The notes beneath the pieces were generated by a model. It did no database searches. It was given only the letters and a program-made list of their open reading frames with translations, and had not been told where the DNA came from. DNA of 64,000 nt, from positions 9,712 to 73,711 of the forward strand of contig JAHREW010000029.1 in NCBI GenBank assembly GCA_020883125.1. The letters are read 5' to 3'. The translations under genes and the position numbers were made by a program. This document shows, piece after piece, positions 33,390-43,600 of the stretch. This DNA is from Microcoleus sp. CAWBG506 (GTDB taxonomy: Bacteria; Cyanobacteriota; Cyanobacteriia; Cyanobacteriales; Microcoleaceae). Every line of letters begins with the position of its first letter. Positions within the stretch are counted from its first letter, which is position 1.

Positions 33390-34097
33390 ATGAAACCAAT
33401 TTCATTAAAAACAGGATTGACAGCCATGATATTAACCTGCACAGCAGCTCTAAGCAGTGGAGTGCTGGCTGCTTGCTCCAAAGATCCTGTAAGTCAAACT
33501 CAAGCCCCAAATATTACAGCCGCCACCCCAGCCAGCAGCAAACAAGAGGTGGCGCAGGACCACAAAATGGGTGGCATGGATCACAGTATGTCCATGGATT
33601 TAGGGCCTGCTGATGGCGACTACGATTTGCGATTTATAGATGGGATGACAGTGCATCATCAAGGTGCTGTAAACATGGCGAAAGACGTTTTGAATAAATC
33701 CAAACGCCCGGAAATGAAAAAACTCGCAAATAACATGATTGTCGCTCAGAATCGTGAAATTAATCAAATGAAAGAGTGGCGAAAAAGTTGGTATCCTAAA
33801 GCCAGCAATACGCCTATGGCTTATCACGCTCCAATGGGTCACATGATGGCCATGACTCCCGAACAAATGCAAAGCATGATGATGAGCATGGATTTAGGTG
33901 CTGCTGACTCTCAGTTTGACCTGCGGTTTCTGAATGCGATGATTCCCCACCACGAAGGAGCTTTGGTGATGGCACAAGATGCTTTGAAAAAGTCGAAACG
34001 GTCAGAAATGAAGAAATTATCCCAAGAAATTCTGACTTCACAAAAGCAAGAAATTGAGCAAATGAAAGAGTGGCGCAAAGCGTGGTATAAACAGTAA
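33390..34097 (+). CDS. copM: DUF305 Met/His-rich copper-binding lipoprotein (CopM-like)
   Basis: Lipobox LAAC; two DLRF...M..HH.GA..MA repeats; Met-rich linker. Confidence 0.82.
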   Translation: MKPISLKTGLTAMILTCTAALSSGVLAACSKDPVSQTQAPNITAATPASSKQEVAQDHKMGGMDHSMSMDLGPADGDYDLRFIDGMTVHHQGAVNMAKDVLNKSKRPEMKKLANNMIVAQNREINQMKEWRKSWYPKASNTPMAYHAPMGHMMAMTPEQMQSMMMSMDLGAADSQFDLRFLNAMIPHHEGALVMAQDALKKSKRSEMKKLSQEILTSQKQEIEQMKEWRKAWYKQ

Positions 34098-34139
34098 TAA
34101 GTAGGTCAGCAAAAAAACAATAAGATCGAGTCGGGAATT

Positions 34140-34202
34140 GTAGGGGCGGGTTTTACAAACAATAATTGCCTCAAACAGATAATCTCGTAAACCCGCCCCT
34201 AC
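34140..34202. repeat. GTAG-type REP palindrome
   Basis: GTAGGGGCGGGTTT ... AAACCCGCCCCTAC. Confidence 0.8.
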
Positions 34203-34240
34203 CCAATGTTGTATTTATTTTTACCGACTTATTTACCATA

Positions 34241-34273
34241 TTTCATCCTGATTTCATTGCGAGCTGCAAAACT
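34241..34273 (+). promoter_or_regulatory. CopR-type box 2 with -10, upstream of the RND adaptor gene
   Basis: TTTCAT-cctga-TTTCAT, 10 nt, then (TGC)AAAACT. Confidence 0.85.
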
Positions 34274-34306
34274 GATCTTTTAGTTCATATTCGCCCCTAC
34301 TAAATC

Positions 34307-36250
34307 ATGCAATCTTGTCGCCGTTTCCACTCCCCAGCAGCGATATTTTATTCTTCGGGAATACTCCTGAGTCTTTTGTTATTCATTGATACCGTCGCTG
34401 TTTTCGCCCACGCGGGACACGGAGATGAATTTCACCAAAGTGGGGAAACAACTCAAATTCCGGCTGCTATTTCTGTCGATACTGAAACCTCGAAGCGCAT
34501 CGGAATCAAAGTTGAGCCGGTGAAATCTCAGCGGTTGTCTGTCGGGATTAAAACTACCGGACAAATTGAAACTCTGCCAAATCAAAAAGTAGAGGTTCGG
34601 GCTCCCGTTAGCGGCACTGTGGTTGAGTTGCTCGTTAAACCGGGGGACAAAGTATCAAAAGGTCAACCTGTGGTTGTGTTATCGAGTTCGGAATTAGGCC
34701 AATTGCGGGTGGAGTCGATCGCCAAACGAGCCGAAGCTGAAGGTGATTTGCAGCAGGCGCAGGCGGACTTTAAGTTAGCTCAACAAAATTACGATCGCCA
34801 ACTGCAAATATCCTCCGCAGAAATTGCCCAAGCCAAAAGCCAACTGACAGCAGCAACTCAGCAATACGAAAGAGAGCAAGAATTGGTAAACAACCGCTCT
34901 GTAGTGAAAGTTGCTCAAGAAAACTATCAGCGCCAACTACAAATAGCCCAGGCAGAAATAGCCCAGGCAGAAATCGAATTAACAGTGGCTAAAGAACAGT
35001 TTGAACGCGACAAAGAATTGGTAGCAGCAGGGGCAATTCCGCGACGGACAATGCTGGAATCGCAAGCTCATTTCGCCGAAGCCAAAGCCAATGTTGCCAA
35101 AGCAAAAAGCCGTCCCGAAGTTATCAAAGCCGAAACCGAAATTAAACAAGCCCAAGTAGACCTCCCGATGCGAGAATTGCGAGATGCTGAAGGCAAAGTT
35201 GCAGAAGTAAAAGCTCAACTTACCAAAGCTTTGAGTCGCCGGGAAGTTCTAGAAGCCGAGGCTCAACTCAAGCGGGCTAAAGCTGCTTTAGAAGTAGCTC
35301 AGTCCCGCGTTAGCCTCAGCAGTTCAGCCTATCAAGCACGGCTGCAACAATTAGGAACTGTTGCCAATGAACAAGGACTTGTGACTGTTATCGCTCCCAT
35401 TTCCGGCACTGTAGCCGATCGCGAAATCACCCCAGGCGAATCAGTCAACTCGGCGGAAAAACCCCTGATGAGCATATTAAATGACAGCAGCGTTTTTGCC
35501 ACAGCAAATATTTACGAAAAAGACCTAAATCAAGTAAAGCAGGGTCAGGAATTGACGGTAAAAATTGCTAGTTTGCCAAACCGCACTTTCCGGGGCAAAA
35601 TTAGCTTAATTGGCTCGACAGTAGAAGGGGAAACTCGCGCTGTGCCGGTGAAAGCTTTATTAGATAATTCTGAAGGAAGTTTGAAGCCAGGGATGTTTGC
35701 CGACTTGGAAATCTTAACCGACAAAACAGCAACAAATATTTTGGGAATTCCGGTTTCAGCAGTGGTAGAAGCCAACGGAAAGCAGTTAGTTTATGTCAAA
35801 AACGGCGATGTGTTTCAAGCTGTTGAAGCAGAACTAGGTCAAACTTCCGGGGATTTAGTGGAAATTAAGAGGGGTTTGTTTGAGGGAGATTTAATTGTCA
35901 CGCAGCGCGCACCTCAACTTTACGCCCAATCGTTGCGGGGCGGTAGCAAACACTCAAAAGTTGAGGAAAAGAAGGAAGTAACTCCCCAAGTTAAAGATGC
36001 CAATGTTAATAGTTTTCCGGTGCCTGTGTGGGCGGGAATAGGAGGAGGTATGGCGATCGCCTCTGTGACTTTTGCCGCGGGGGCTTTCTGGGGAAATCGG
36101 CGCAAATTGCCAGCAGTAGCAGCGGATTCTAAAAACAATGGTTTTTCCATCTCCGCAGCAGCACTAAATGCGATTACAGTAGATGAATTGTCGCAGGATG
36201 ACAACCACCGCGTTAAAAGTCAGGAGGCAGAAGCGAAGAGTTTAAAGTAA
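34307..36250 (+). CDS. Heavy-metal RND periplasmic adaptor (CusB/CzcB/CopB-like) with extended hairpin
   Basis: AHAGHGDEF N-terminus; lipoyl-like APVSGTV and APISGTV motifs; LKPGMFA; long coiled coil. Confidence 0.9.
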   Translation: MQSCRRFHSPAAIFYSSGILLSLLLFIDTVAVFAHAGHGDEFHQSGETTQIPAAISVDTETSKRIGIKVEPVKSQRLSVGIKTTGQIETLPNQKVEVRAPVSGTVVELLVKPGDKVSKGQPVVVLSSSELGQLRVESIAKRAEAEGDLQQAQADFKLAQQNYDRQLQISSAEIAQAKSQLTAATQQYEREQELVNNRSVVKVAQENYQRQLQIAQAEIAQAEIELTVAKEQFERDKELVAAGAIPRRTMLESQAHFAEAKANVAKAKSRPEVIKAETEIKQAQVDLPMRELRDAEGKVAEVKAQLTKALSRREVLEAEAQLKRAKAALEVAQSRVSLSSSAYQARLQQLGTVANEQGLVTVIAPISGTVADREITPGESVNSAEKPLMSILNDSSVFATANIYEKDLNQVKQGQELTVKIASLPNRTFRGKISLIGSTVEGETRAVPVKALLDNSEGSLKPGMFADLEILTDKTATNILGIPVSAVVEANGKQLVYVKNGDVFQAVEAELGQTSGDLVEIKRGLFEGDLIVTQRAPQLYAQSLRGGSKHSKVEEKKEVTPQVKDANVNSFPVPVWAGIGGGMAIASVTFAAGAFWGNRRKLPAVAADSKNNGFSISAAALNAITVDELSQDDNHRVKSQEAEAKSLK

Positions 36251-36327
36251 AAATTTTGTTTAATCTAGCAATTATAAATCGATGGCCGAACGGTCGTTGG
36301 TAGTCATCGCCTCTATAAAATCATAAA

Positions 36328-39300
36328 ATGTTCAGCACTATTCTCAGATGGGTAATTAACCGCCGCTGGCTAGTCGTTCTCGCCACGATTATTATTAGTC
36401 TTTGGACAGTATATATCATCCCCAAAATGCCCCTTGATGTCTTCCCGCCTTTCGCACCACCGCAGGTGGAAATCCAAACGGAAGCACCAGGTTTAGCGCC
36501 GGAAGAAATCGAGTCTTTGGTAACATTGCCGATCGAGAGTGCGATTAATGGAACTCCGGGGGTGACAGCAGTGCGATCTTCCTCTGCTGTGGGTATTTCT
36601 GTGGTTAAAGTTATCTTTGATTGGGGAACAGAAATTTATCAAGCACGCCAGTTGATTACAGAAAGGTTGCAGCAAGCTCAAAGCAAGCTTCCCGCAGGAG
36701 TAGAAGCACCGCAAATTTCTCCGACAACTTCTCCGGTAGGCACTGTGATTACCTATGCTTTTACATCAGAAACTACTTCTTTAATGGAAGTGCGCCGTCT
36801 GGTTGATTGGCAAGTTACCAATCGCCTATTAGCAGTGACTGGTGTTGCTCAAGTGGTAGCTTATGGCGGCGAACAAAGGCAGTATCAAGTATTAGTTACA
36901 CCTGCAAAATTGAAAGCTTTTAATGTTTCGTTGCAGCAAGTATCGGAAGCTGTAGCTGCTGCGAATGTTAACGCCCCCGGTGGCTATTTGATTACGCCGG
37001 ATAAAGAAACTTTGATTCGGGGTGTGGGGCGGATTGAATCGGTGGCAGATTTGCAGCAATCTGCGATCGCCTCTCGCCAAGGAATCGTCGTCAGAATTGG
37101 GGATGTAGCTGATGTCAAAATTGGTGCTGCTATCAAGCGGGGCGATGGCAGTTTTAACGGCAAAAAAGCTGTGATTGTGATGGTAAACAGACAGCCGATC
37201 GCTGATACTCCCACGGTAACTCAAGCTGTGGAAGCGGCAATGGCCCAGGTGCAGCAAGCTTTGCCCAAAGATATTAAAGTTACTGTTACTTTCCGCCAGG
37301 AAGAGTATATCAATTCTTCGGTGGAAAATGTGCGATCGGCTTTAGTGGAAGGCAGTATCATTGTCACGGTTATTCTGATCCCGTTTTTGATGAATTGGCG
37401 GACTCTGACGGTGGTTTTGCTCGATTTCTTCCTAACTTGGCTGTTCGGGCTGCTGGCGATGAATTGGCTGGGGCTGGGATTGAATACGATGACCTTGGGT
37501 GGGTTGTCGGTGGCGATCGGCACTGCGATCGACGATGCGATCGTCTATGCCGAAAATACCTACCGCAACTTGAGAGAAAACACGGCTTCTCATCATCCGC
37601 GCCCGGTGATGGATGTGATTTTTGATGGCAGTCAGGAGGTGCGAGATTCGTTAATTGGAGCGACTGTTATTGGCATTGTTGTGTTTTCGCCAATTTTTAC
37701 TTTGCCCGGTGTAGAAGGTCGAATTTTTACGCCGATGGGGATTACTTATCTGGTAGTTGTGGTGATTTCTAGTCTGGAATCGCTGTTAATATCTCCGGCA
37801 CTTTGCGCTATTTTGTTGCCTAACAAAAAGATGAGTGCTGAAGAACCTTGGTTGCCGAGATTCTGCAAAAAGATATATCACTTTTTTATAGAATTGTCAA
37901 TGCGCTATTCGGCGATTATTTTAACTTTAGCTGCTGCTAGTATGGTGGCGGCATTAATTATTTTGCCATCTTTTGGACGGGTGTTTTTGCCGGAGTTTCA
38001 GGAGCAAACTTTGGTGAATACTGTTCTACTTTATCCGGGCGTGTCTTTGGAAACGACGAATAGTGCGGCTTTTGCGATCGAAGATGCACTTAAGGATGAT
38101 ACCAGGTTTTCATACGTGCAAGTGCGATCGGGCAGAGCTCCCGGTGATGCTGATGCTGCGGGTGTCAATTTAGCTCACATTGATATCGGTTTGAGCGAGG
38201 AAGGAATGAAAAATCGGCAGAAAACTTTGGAATCATTGCGGCAGGAATTTGGGAAATTACCTGGAGTTGCACCAAATATCGGCGGTTTTATTTCTCACAG
38301 AATGGATGAGGTTTTATCCGGTGTCAGGAGTCAAATTGCTGTCAAAATCTTTGGCCCTGATTTGAATCAGCTTCGCACCATCGGCGCTCAAGTTGAAGCG
38401 CAAATGAAAACTGTTACAGGAATTGTAGACTTGCAACTGGAACCGCAAGTGCCGGTGCAGCAAATTCAAATTAAATTCAACCGCCAAGCTGCGGGTAGAT
38501 ATGGTTTGAAAGTGGGAGAACTTTCTGAAATAATTGAGACAGCTTTGAATGGGAAAGTTGTCTCTCAAGTTTTGGAATTGCAGCAAACTTTTGATTTAGT
38601 TGTCTGGTTGCAGCCTGAAGCCAGAAATAACTTAGAAACTATTCAGAATTTGTTGGTTGATACCCCCCCTCTTTCCCCCCCTTATAAAGGGGGGGATGAA
38701 ACCCCTCTTTATAAAGGGGGGGAAAGAGGGGGTAAAATTCCCCTCGGCCAAGTTGCTACTGTAAAATACGGTACGGGCCCAAATACGATTAATCGCGAGA
38801 ATGTTTCTCGGTTGATTGTGGCGGCGGCTAATGCGAAAGGTCGGGATTTGCGATCGGTGGTGAATGAAATTAAAGCTAAAGTTAAGCGAGAGGTACAGTT
38901 GCCTTTTGGCTATTTTATCCAATATGGTGGTCAATTTGAGGCCGAGCAAAGAGCTTCGCAAAATATTATGATGTTTAGTGCGATCGCCTTTGTGGTCATT
39001 ACAGTATTAATGTACTTATCCGTCAAGTCAATTCCTTCAACTGCGATGATTATGATCAATTTGCCGATCGGATTAGTGGGAGGTGTAATTTCGGTAGCTT
39101 TGACTGGCGGTATAATTTCCGTAGCTTCTTTAGTTGGCTTTGTCACTTTATTTGGCGTTGCTACTCGTAACGGCTTGTTATTAGTAGACAACTATAACAC
39201 TAAATTTGCCGAAGGAATGCCTTTTAAGGAAGCAATTATTAAAGGCTCGATGGAACGGCTCAATGCTATTTTGATGACGGCTTCAACTTCAGCTTTAGGT

Positions 39301-39510
39301 TTAGCACCTTTAGTCTTAGAAGGCGGCCCCGGAAAAGAAATTTTGCAACCGCTGTCAGTAGTAGTTTTAGGAGGATTGTTTACTTCTACAGCACTAACGC
39401 TGTTAGTTATGCCAGCTTTGTATGCTCAGTTTAGTAATTTTTTAAGACCTCAACAACCTCAGCCTGTTATTGAAGATGGTAAGGTAGTTAAAGCTGAGAT
39501 AGCGAACTAA
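36328..39510 (+). CDS. CusA/CzcA-family heavy-metal RND permease 1
   Basis: DVFPPFAPPQVEIQTEAPG; IDDAIVYAEN; ATRNG; RLNAILMT. Confidence 0.93.
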   Translation: MFSTILRWVINRRWLVVLATIIISLWTVYIIPKMPLDVFPPFAPPQVEIQTEAPGLAPEEIESLVTLPIESAINGTPGVTAVRSSSAVGISVVKVIFDWGTEIYQARQLITERLQQAQSKLPAGVEAPQISPTTSPVGTVITYAFTSETTSLMEVRRLVDWQVTNRLLAVTGVAQVVAYGGEQRQYQVLVTPAKLKAFNVSLQQVSEAVAAANVNAPGGYLITPDKETLIRGVGRIESVADLQQSAIASRQGIVVRIGDVADVKIGAAIKRGDGSFNGKKAVIVMVNRQPIADTPTVTQAVEAAMAQVQQALPKDIKVTVTFRQEEYINSSVENVRSALVEGSIIVTVILIPFLMNWRTLTVVLLDFFLTWLFGLLAMNWLGLGLNTMTLGGLSVAIGTAIDDAIVYAENTYRNLRENTASHHPRPVMDVIFDGSQEVRDSLIGATVIGIVVFSPIFTLPGVEGRIFTPMGITYLVVVVISSLESLLISPALCAILLPNKKMSAEEPWLPRFCKKIYHFFIELSMRYSAIILTLAAASMVAALIILPSFGRVFLPEFQEQTLVNTVLLYPGVSLETTNSAAFAIEDALKDDTRFSYVQVRSGRAPGDADAAGVNLAHIDIGLSEEGMKNRQKTLESLRQEFGKLPGVAPNIGGFISHRMDEVLSGVRSQIAVKIFGPDLNQLRTIGAQVEAQMKTVTGIVDLQLEPQVPVQQIQIKFNRQAAGRYGLKVGELSEIIETALNGKVVSQVLELQQTFDLVVWLQPEARNNLETIQNLLVDTPPLSPPYKGGDETPLYKGGERGGKIPLGQVATVKYGTGPNTINRENVSRLIVAAANAKGRDLRSVVNEIKAKVKREVQLPFGYFIQYGGQFEAEQRASQNIMMFSAIAFVVITVLMYLSVKSIPSTAMIMINLPIGLVGGVISVALTGGIISVASLVGFVTLFGVATRNGLLLVDNYNTKFAEGMPFKEAIIKGSMERLNAILMTASTSALGLAPLVLEGGPGKEILQPLSVVVLGGLFTSTALTLLVMPALYAQFSNFLRPQQPQPVIEDGKVVKAEIAN
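38661..38734. repeat. In-frame palindromic insertion in RND permease 1
   Basis: TACCCCCCCTCTTTCCCCCCCTTATA ... TATAAAGGGGGGGAAAGAGGGGGTA; absent at the same position in permease 2. Confidence 0.85.
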
Positions 39511-39516
39511 TAAACC

Positions 39517-39954
39517 CTACTGAACTCCCTCAATCAAACTGCAAAGTTGCTCGCCATCTGGATTGTCTAAAGCTCGATTTGTCCAAAGTTTTTGATAAGC
39601 TTCCAACTCAGCTTTGAACGCACTCATGCGCTGAATTTCCTCCTCAACGAAATCAATTTTACGACTTAATAAGTCTTGCACCAGCGGACAAGCTGTTACT
39701 CCTTGATGGCGAGATACCAAAATTTGGTGAATTTCTTGAAGAGAAAAGTTGAGTCTTTGGGCTTTCTTGATAAATTGCACTTGTCTGGCGGCATCGGCTG
39801 TGTAGTAACGGTAGCCGCTACTGCTGCGTAAGGCAGGTTCCAGTAACCCTAAGCTTTCATAGTATCGCAGGGCGCCTACAGCAACACCAGTTTGTTTGGC
39901 TAGTTCTCCAATTTTTAGTAGATGTTCTAGGGATTCTGTTTCAAATTCTTTCAT
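39517..39954 (-). CDS. MerR-family heavy-metal-responsive regulator
   Basis: LKIGELAKQTGV..GALRYYESLGLL HTH; two Cys (TACP, QLCS). Confidence 0.9.
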   Translation of the reverse strand: MKEFETESLEHLLKIGELAKQTGVAVGALRYYESLGLLEPALRSSSGYRYYTADAARQVQFIKKAQRLNFSLQEIHQILVSRHQGVTACPLVQDLLSRKIDFVEEEIQRMSAFKAELEAYQKLWTNRALDNPDGEQLCSLIEGVQ

Positions 39955-40007
39955 AGCAGTTTTAGGTAAGTTTGAACTTTATGATTATAATGGTAATCAC
40001 TTTGAGG

Positions 40008-40070
40008 AGGATACGGCAGTGCCGTTTCCCTACCCCGATTAATTGTAGAGAAACGGCACTGCCGTGTCCT
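40008..40070. repeat. GTAG-type REP palindrome
   Basis: GGATACGGCAGTGCCGTTTCCCTAC ... GTAGAGAAACGGCACTGCCGTGTCC. Confidence 0.78.
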
Positions 40071-40273
40071 TATTTCGGGTAATATTAATTCCGATGCTAC
40101 CGGATTTGATATCACTCAATTTTTCAAGATTAAATATTTTATATTCTTAACAATTGTATTGGATAAAAAAGCAGCACTAACTTAAATTTTAGTTCGTGCT
40201 GCTATCAGATATTCTCTTGCTTATCCCCTGCGAAAAATCCGCGATCGAATCTATACACGGGGCAAAAGAAGGA

Positions 40274-40420
40274 TTATTTATCGCAATTAGCCAGCGGACA
40301 GTCAGGAGTAGGAGTAGTGCAAGGGCCAGCGGCAAAGACAACAGCGGCAGTACCTGCTGTCAGGAGAATTGCCGTCAAAGCTGCGAGAGTGAATCGTTTG
40401 GTCTGAGTTGTTTTAGTCAT
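40274..40420 (-). CDS. 48-aa secreted tri-cysteine peptide (below the ORF-track cutoff)
   Basis: Hand translation MTKTTQTKRFTLAALTAILLTAGTAAVVFA|AGPCTTPTPDCPLANCDK*; Sec-type signal; dedicated promoter about 55 nt upstream. Confidence 0.75.
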   Translation of the reverse strand: MTKTTQTKRFTLAALTAILLTAGTAAVVFAAGPCTTPTPDCPLANCDK

Positions 40421-40473
40421 TAATTTTTACCTGGGAATATAGAATCGAAAAGTTTCTTCTGGAAACTATAAAT

Positions 40474-40505
40474 AGTCTAAACCCTCAAGTAGGCTTGAGA
40501 GTCAA
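40474..40505 (-). promoter_or_regulatory. MerR-type promoter with perfect dyad driving the Cys peptide
   Basis: Minus strand TTGACT-CTCAAG-CCTA-CTTGAG-GGTT-TAGACT; 20-bp spacer. Confidence 0.8.
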
Positions 40506-40582
40506 GGGGTAAATTATCAAGAATTGTAAACTTATTTTGTTTCCAATACCGCGCTCCGAATACCTGTCTGAAATTCAAAAGA

Positions 40583-40615
40583 TTTCATCGCGATTTCATT
40601 TTTGCGTGTCAACCT
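40583..40615 (+). promoter_or_regulatory. CopR-type box 3 with -10, upstream of RND permease 2
   Basis: TTTCAT-cgcga-TTTCAT, 10 nt, then (TGT)CAACCT. Confidence 0.82.
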
Positions 40616-40693
40616 AAATTGAATGGCGATTTTAACGCCCAAAAGCCAAGGATTCAAGGGGAACTACAGCAGCCGGAACCTGTAACTAATGAT

Positions 40694-43600
40694 ATGCTTA
40701 ATTCTATTGTCAAATGGTCGATCGCGCAACGGTGGCTAGTTGTCATCGCCTCCATCCTCATCACCCTTTGGGGATTGCGAGTTTTGACACAAATGCCGCT
40801 CGATGTTTTCCCCAGCTTTGCTCCCCCACAAGTCGAAATTCAAACCGAAGCACCGGGACTTGCTCCTGAAGAAGTCGAATCTCTAGTCACTCGACCCATA
40901 GAAAGTGCGATTAACGGCACTCCCGGAGTAGAAAAAGTACGCTCCTCTTCTGCTGTCGGCATTTCCGTCGTTAAAGTCATCTTTGGTTGGGATACCGAAA
41001 TTTACCGCGCTCGCCAGTTAGTAACAGAACGGTTGCAGCAAGCCCAAAATCTACTTCCTAAAGGCGTAGAAATCCCGCAAATTTCTCCCATCAGCTCTCC
41101 ACTGGGAGCCACCATTAAATATGCTTTCACTACAGATACCACACCTTTAATGGAAGTGCGGCGAATTGTGGACTGGCAAGTAAAAAATCGATTTTTAGCA
41201 GTTCCAGGTGTCACTCAAATTGTCATATTTGGCGGTGAAGAGCGCCAGTATCAAGTATTAGTAGAACCTAATAAGCTGAAACAATTTAATGTTTCATTGC
41301 AGCAAGTTACTGAAGCAGTTAAAAAAGCAAATGTCAATGCTCCGGGTGGATTTTTAATTAGCCCAGACCAAGAATTATTAATTCGGGGCGTGGGGCGAAT
41401 TGAGTCGATCGAGGATTTGAAACAATCTGCGATCGTAGCCAGAAATGGCACACCAGTGTTGCTGAGTCAAGTCGCTGACGTAAAAATCGGTGCAGCACTC
41501 CAACGCGGCGACAGCATCTTAAATGGCAAGAAAGCGATTATAGTCATCGTCAACAAACAGCCGGCTGCTGATACCCCAACCGTAACGAAGGCTGTTGAGG
41601 CCGCGATGGAGGAAATTAAACCAAGTTTACCTAAAGATGTCAAAGTTACTGTCACTTTCCGACAGGAAAATTTTATAGAAGCTTCTATCGAAAACGTGAG
41701 AGATGCTCTGCGGGATGGCATCATCATTGTGTCGATCGTACTAATCCTATTTTTAATGAACTGGCGCACCGTTATTATCAGCCTCAGCGCCCTTCCAGTG
41801 TCCTTGTTGCTGGGAATGATCGTTTTAGATTGGACAGGACAAGGCATCAACACGATGACCTTGGGAGGACTTGCTGTGGCGATCGGTTCAGTGGTAGATG
41901 ATGCGATCGTTGACATGGAAAATGTCTACCGTCGCTTGCGGGAAAACCAGCAAGCGGGAACACCAGTTCCGCCGCTAGATGTCGTGTTTAATGGCTCGGT
42001 TGAAGTGCGAGTCAGTGTATTATTTTCTACAGTAATTATTGCTGTAGTTTTTGCACCAATTTTCGCGCTCTCAGGCGTGGAAGGTCGCATTTTTACGCCG
42101 ATGGGGGTGTCCTATTTGCTATCAATTATCGCTTCAACATTGGTAGCGCTAACCTTGACTCCGGCACTATGTGCTATCCTATTAGTCGATCGCCGTTTGC
42201 CCCCAGATGAAACTTGGATTGCTCGCAAATCTCACCAATTATATCGCCCAGCTTTAATGTTTTCTATCCGCTTCCCTCAGATTGTTTTGGTAATAGCTGT
42301 TGTGGGCTTTGTAGCTTCGATGGTGATTTTACCTAGTTTGGGGCGAGTGTTTTTGCCGGAGTTTCAGGAACGCAGTTTGATTGTTGCTACTTCTCTCTAT
42401 CCTGGTGAGTCTTTAAATGCGACAAATCAAGTGGGTTTTGCGATTCAAGATGCTTTGAAAAATGACAATAATTTTGAAGCTTTAGCTTTGCGATCTGGAC
42501 GTGCTCCAGGTGATAGTGATGTCGGCGGTGTGAATTTTGGAGAAATGGATGTGGAGATTAGTTCACTGGGGGTGAAAAACCGGGAATCGACTATCGAAAA
42601 GCTGCGAAAGGAATATGCAAAAATACCCGGTGTTGCGGCTAATATTGGGGGGTTTATCTCGCATCGGATGGATGAGGTGCTATCGGGAGTCAGAAGTGCG
42701 ATCGCTGTTAAGATATTCGGGCCTGACTTGGAGCAATTAAGGGCGATCGGCAAACAAGTAGAAGCCACGATGACTGCAATTCCTGGCGTTGTAGACTTGC
42801 AATTAGAGCCGCAAGTCCCCATCAAACAGGTACAAATTAAATTCGATCGCACCGCCGCTGCTCGTTACGGTTTGGCGGTAGGCGACTTAGCAGAAGTCAT
42901 TGAAACTGCTCTCAACGGGCGAGTTGTTTCTCAAGTTTTAGAGCAACAGCAAGTGTTTGACTTGGTTGTCTGGCTCAATGAGCGCGATCGGCACAATCTA
43001 GATATTATCCGCAACTTATTAGTTGATACTCCCAGCGGACAGAAAATTCCCCTCGCACAAGTTGCCAAAGTTGACTACGGCACCGGCCCCAACACCCTCA
43101 ACCGCGAGAATGTATCCAGGCTCATTGTCGTCTCTGCTAACGTCCAAGGGCGAGATTTAGGTTCTGTCATCGCTGATATTCGCAGCCAAGTAAAACAAAA
43201 AGTGCAATTGCCATCGGGATATTACATTCAATACGGCGGTCAATTTCAGGCTCAAGAACAGGCAACTCAAACATTAATTGTAGCTGGCTTATTAGCCTTT
43301 GTCGTCATCACGGTACTGATTTACTTTGCCGTTAAAACAATTCCAGCTACCGCGATGATTATGATAAACTTACCCTTAGCATTAGTCGGAGGCGTGATTT
43401 CAGTCGCGCTAGGTGGCGGGATTATTTCAGTCGCCTCAATGGTAGGATTCATCACGTTATTCGGAGTAGCTACCCGCAACGGACTGTTGCTAGTTGATAA
43501 CTATAACAACAAGTTAGCAGATGGTATGCCTTTGCAGAAAGTCATCGTTGAGGGTTCTATGGAGCGGCTAGTCGCTATTTTGATGACTGCTCTCTCATCG

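Noticed and set aside
40196-40423. 75-aa + strand ORF with several Cys
   Set aside because: GTG start and no promoter; it is the antisense shadow of the 48-aa peptide, which has a signal peptide and a correctly oriented promoter
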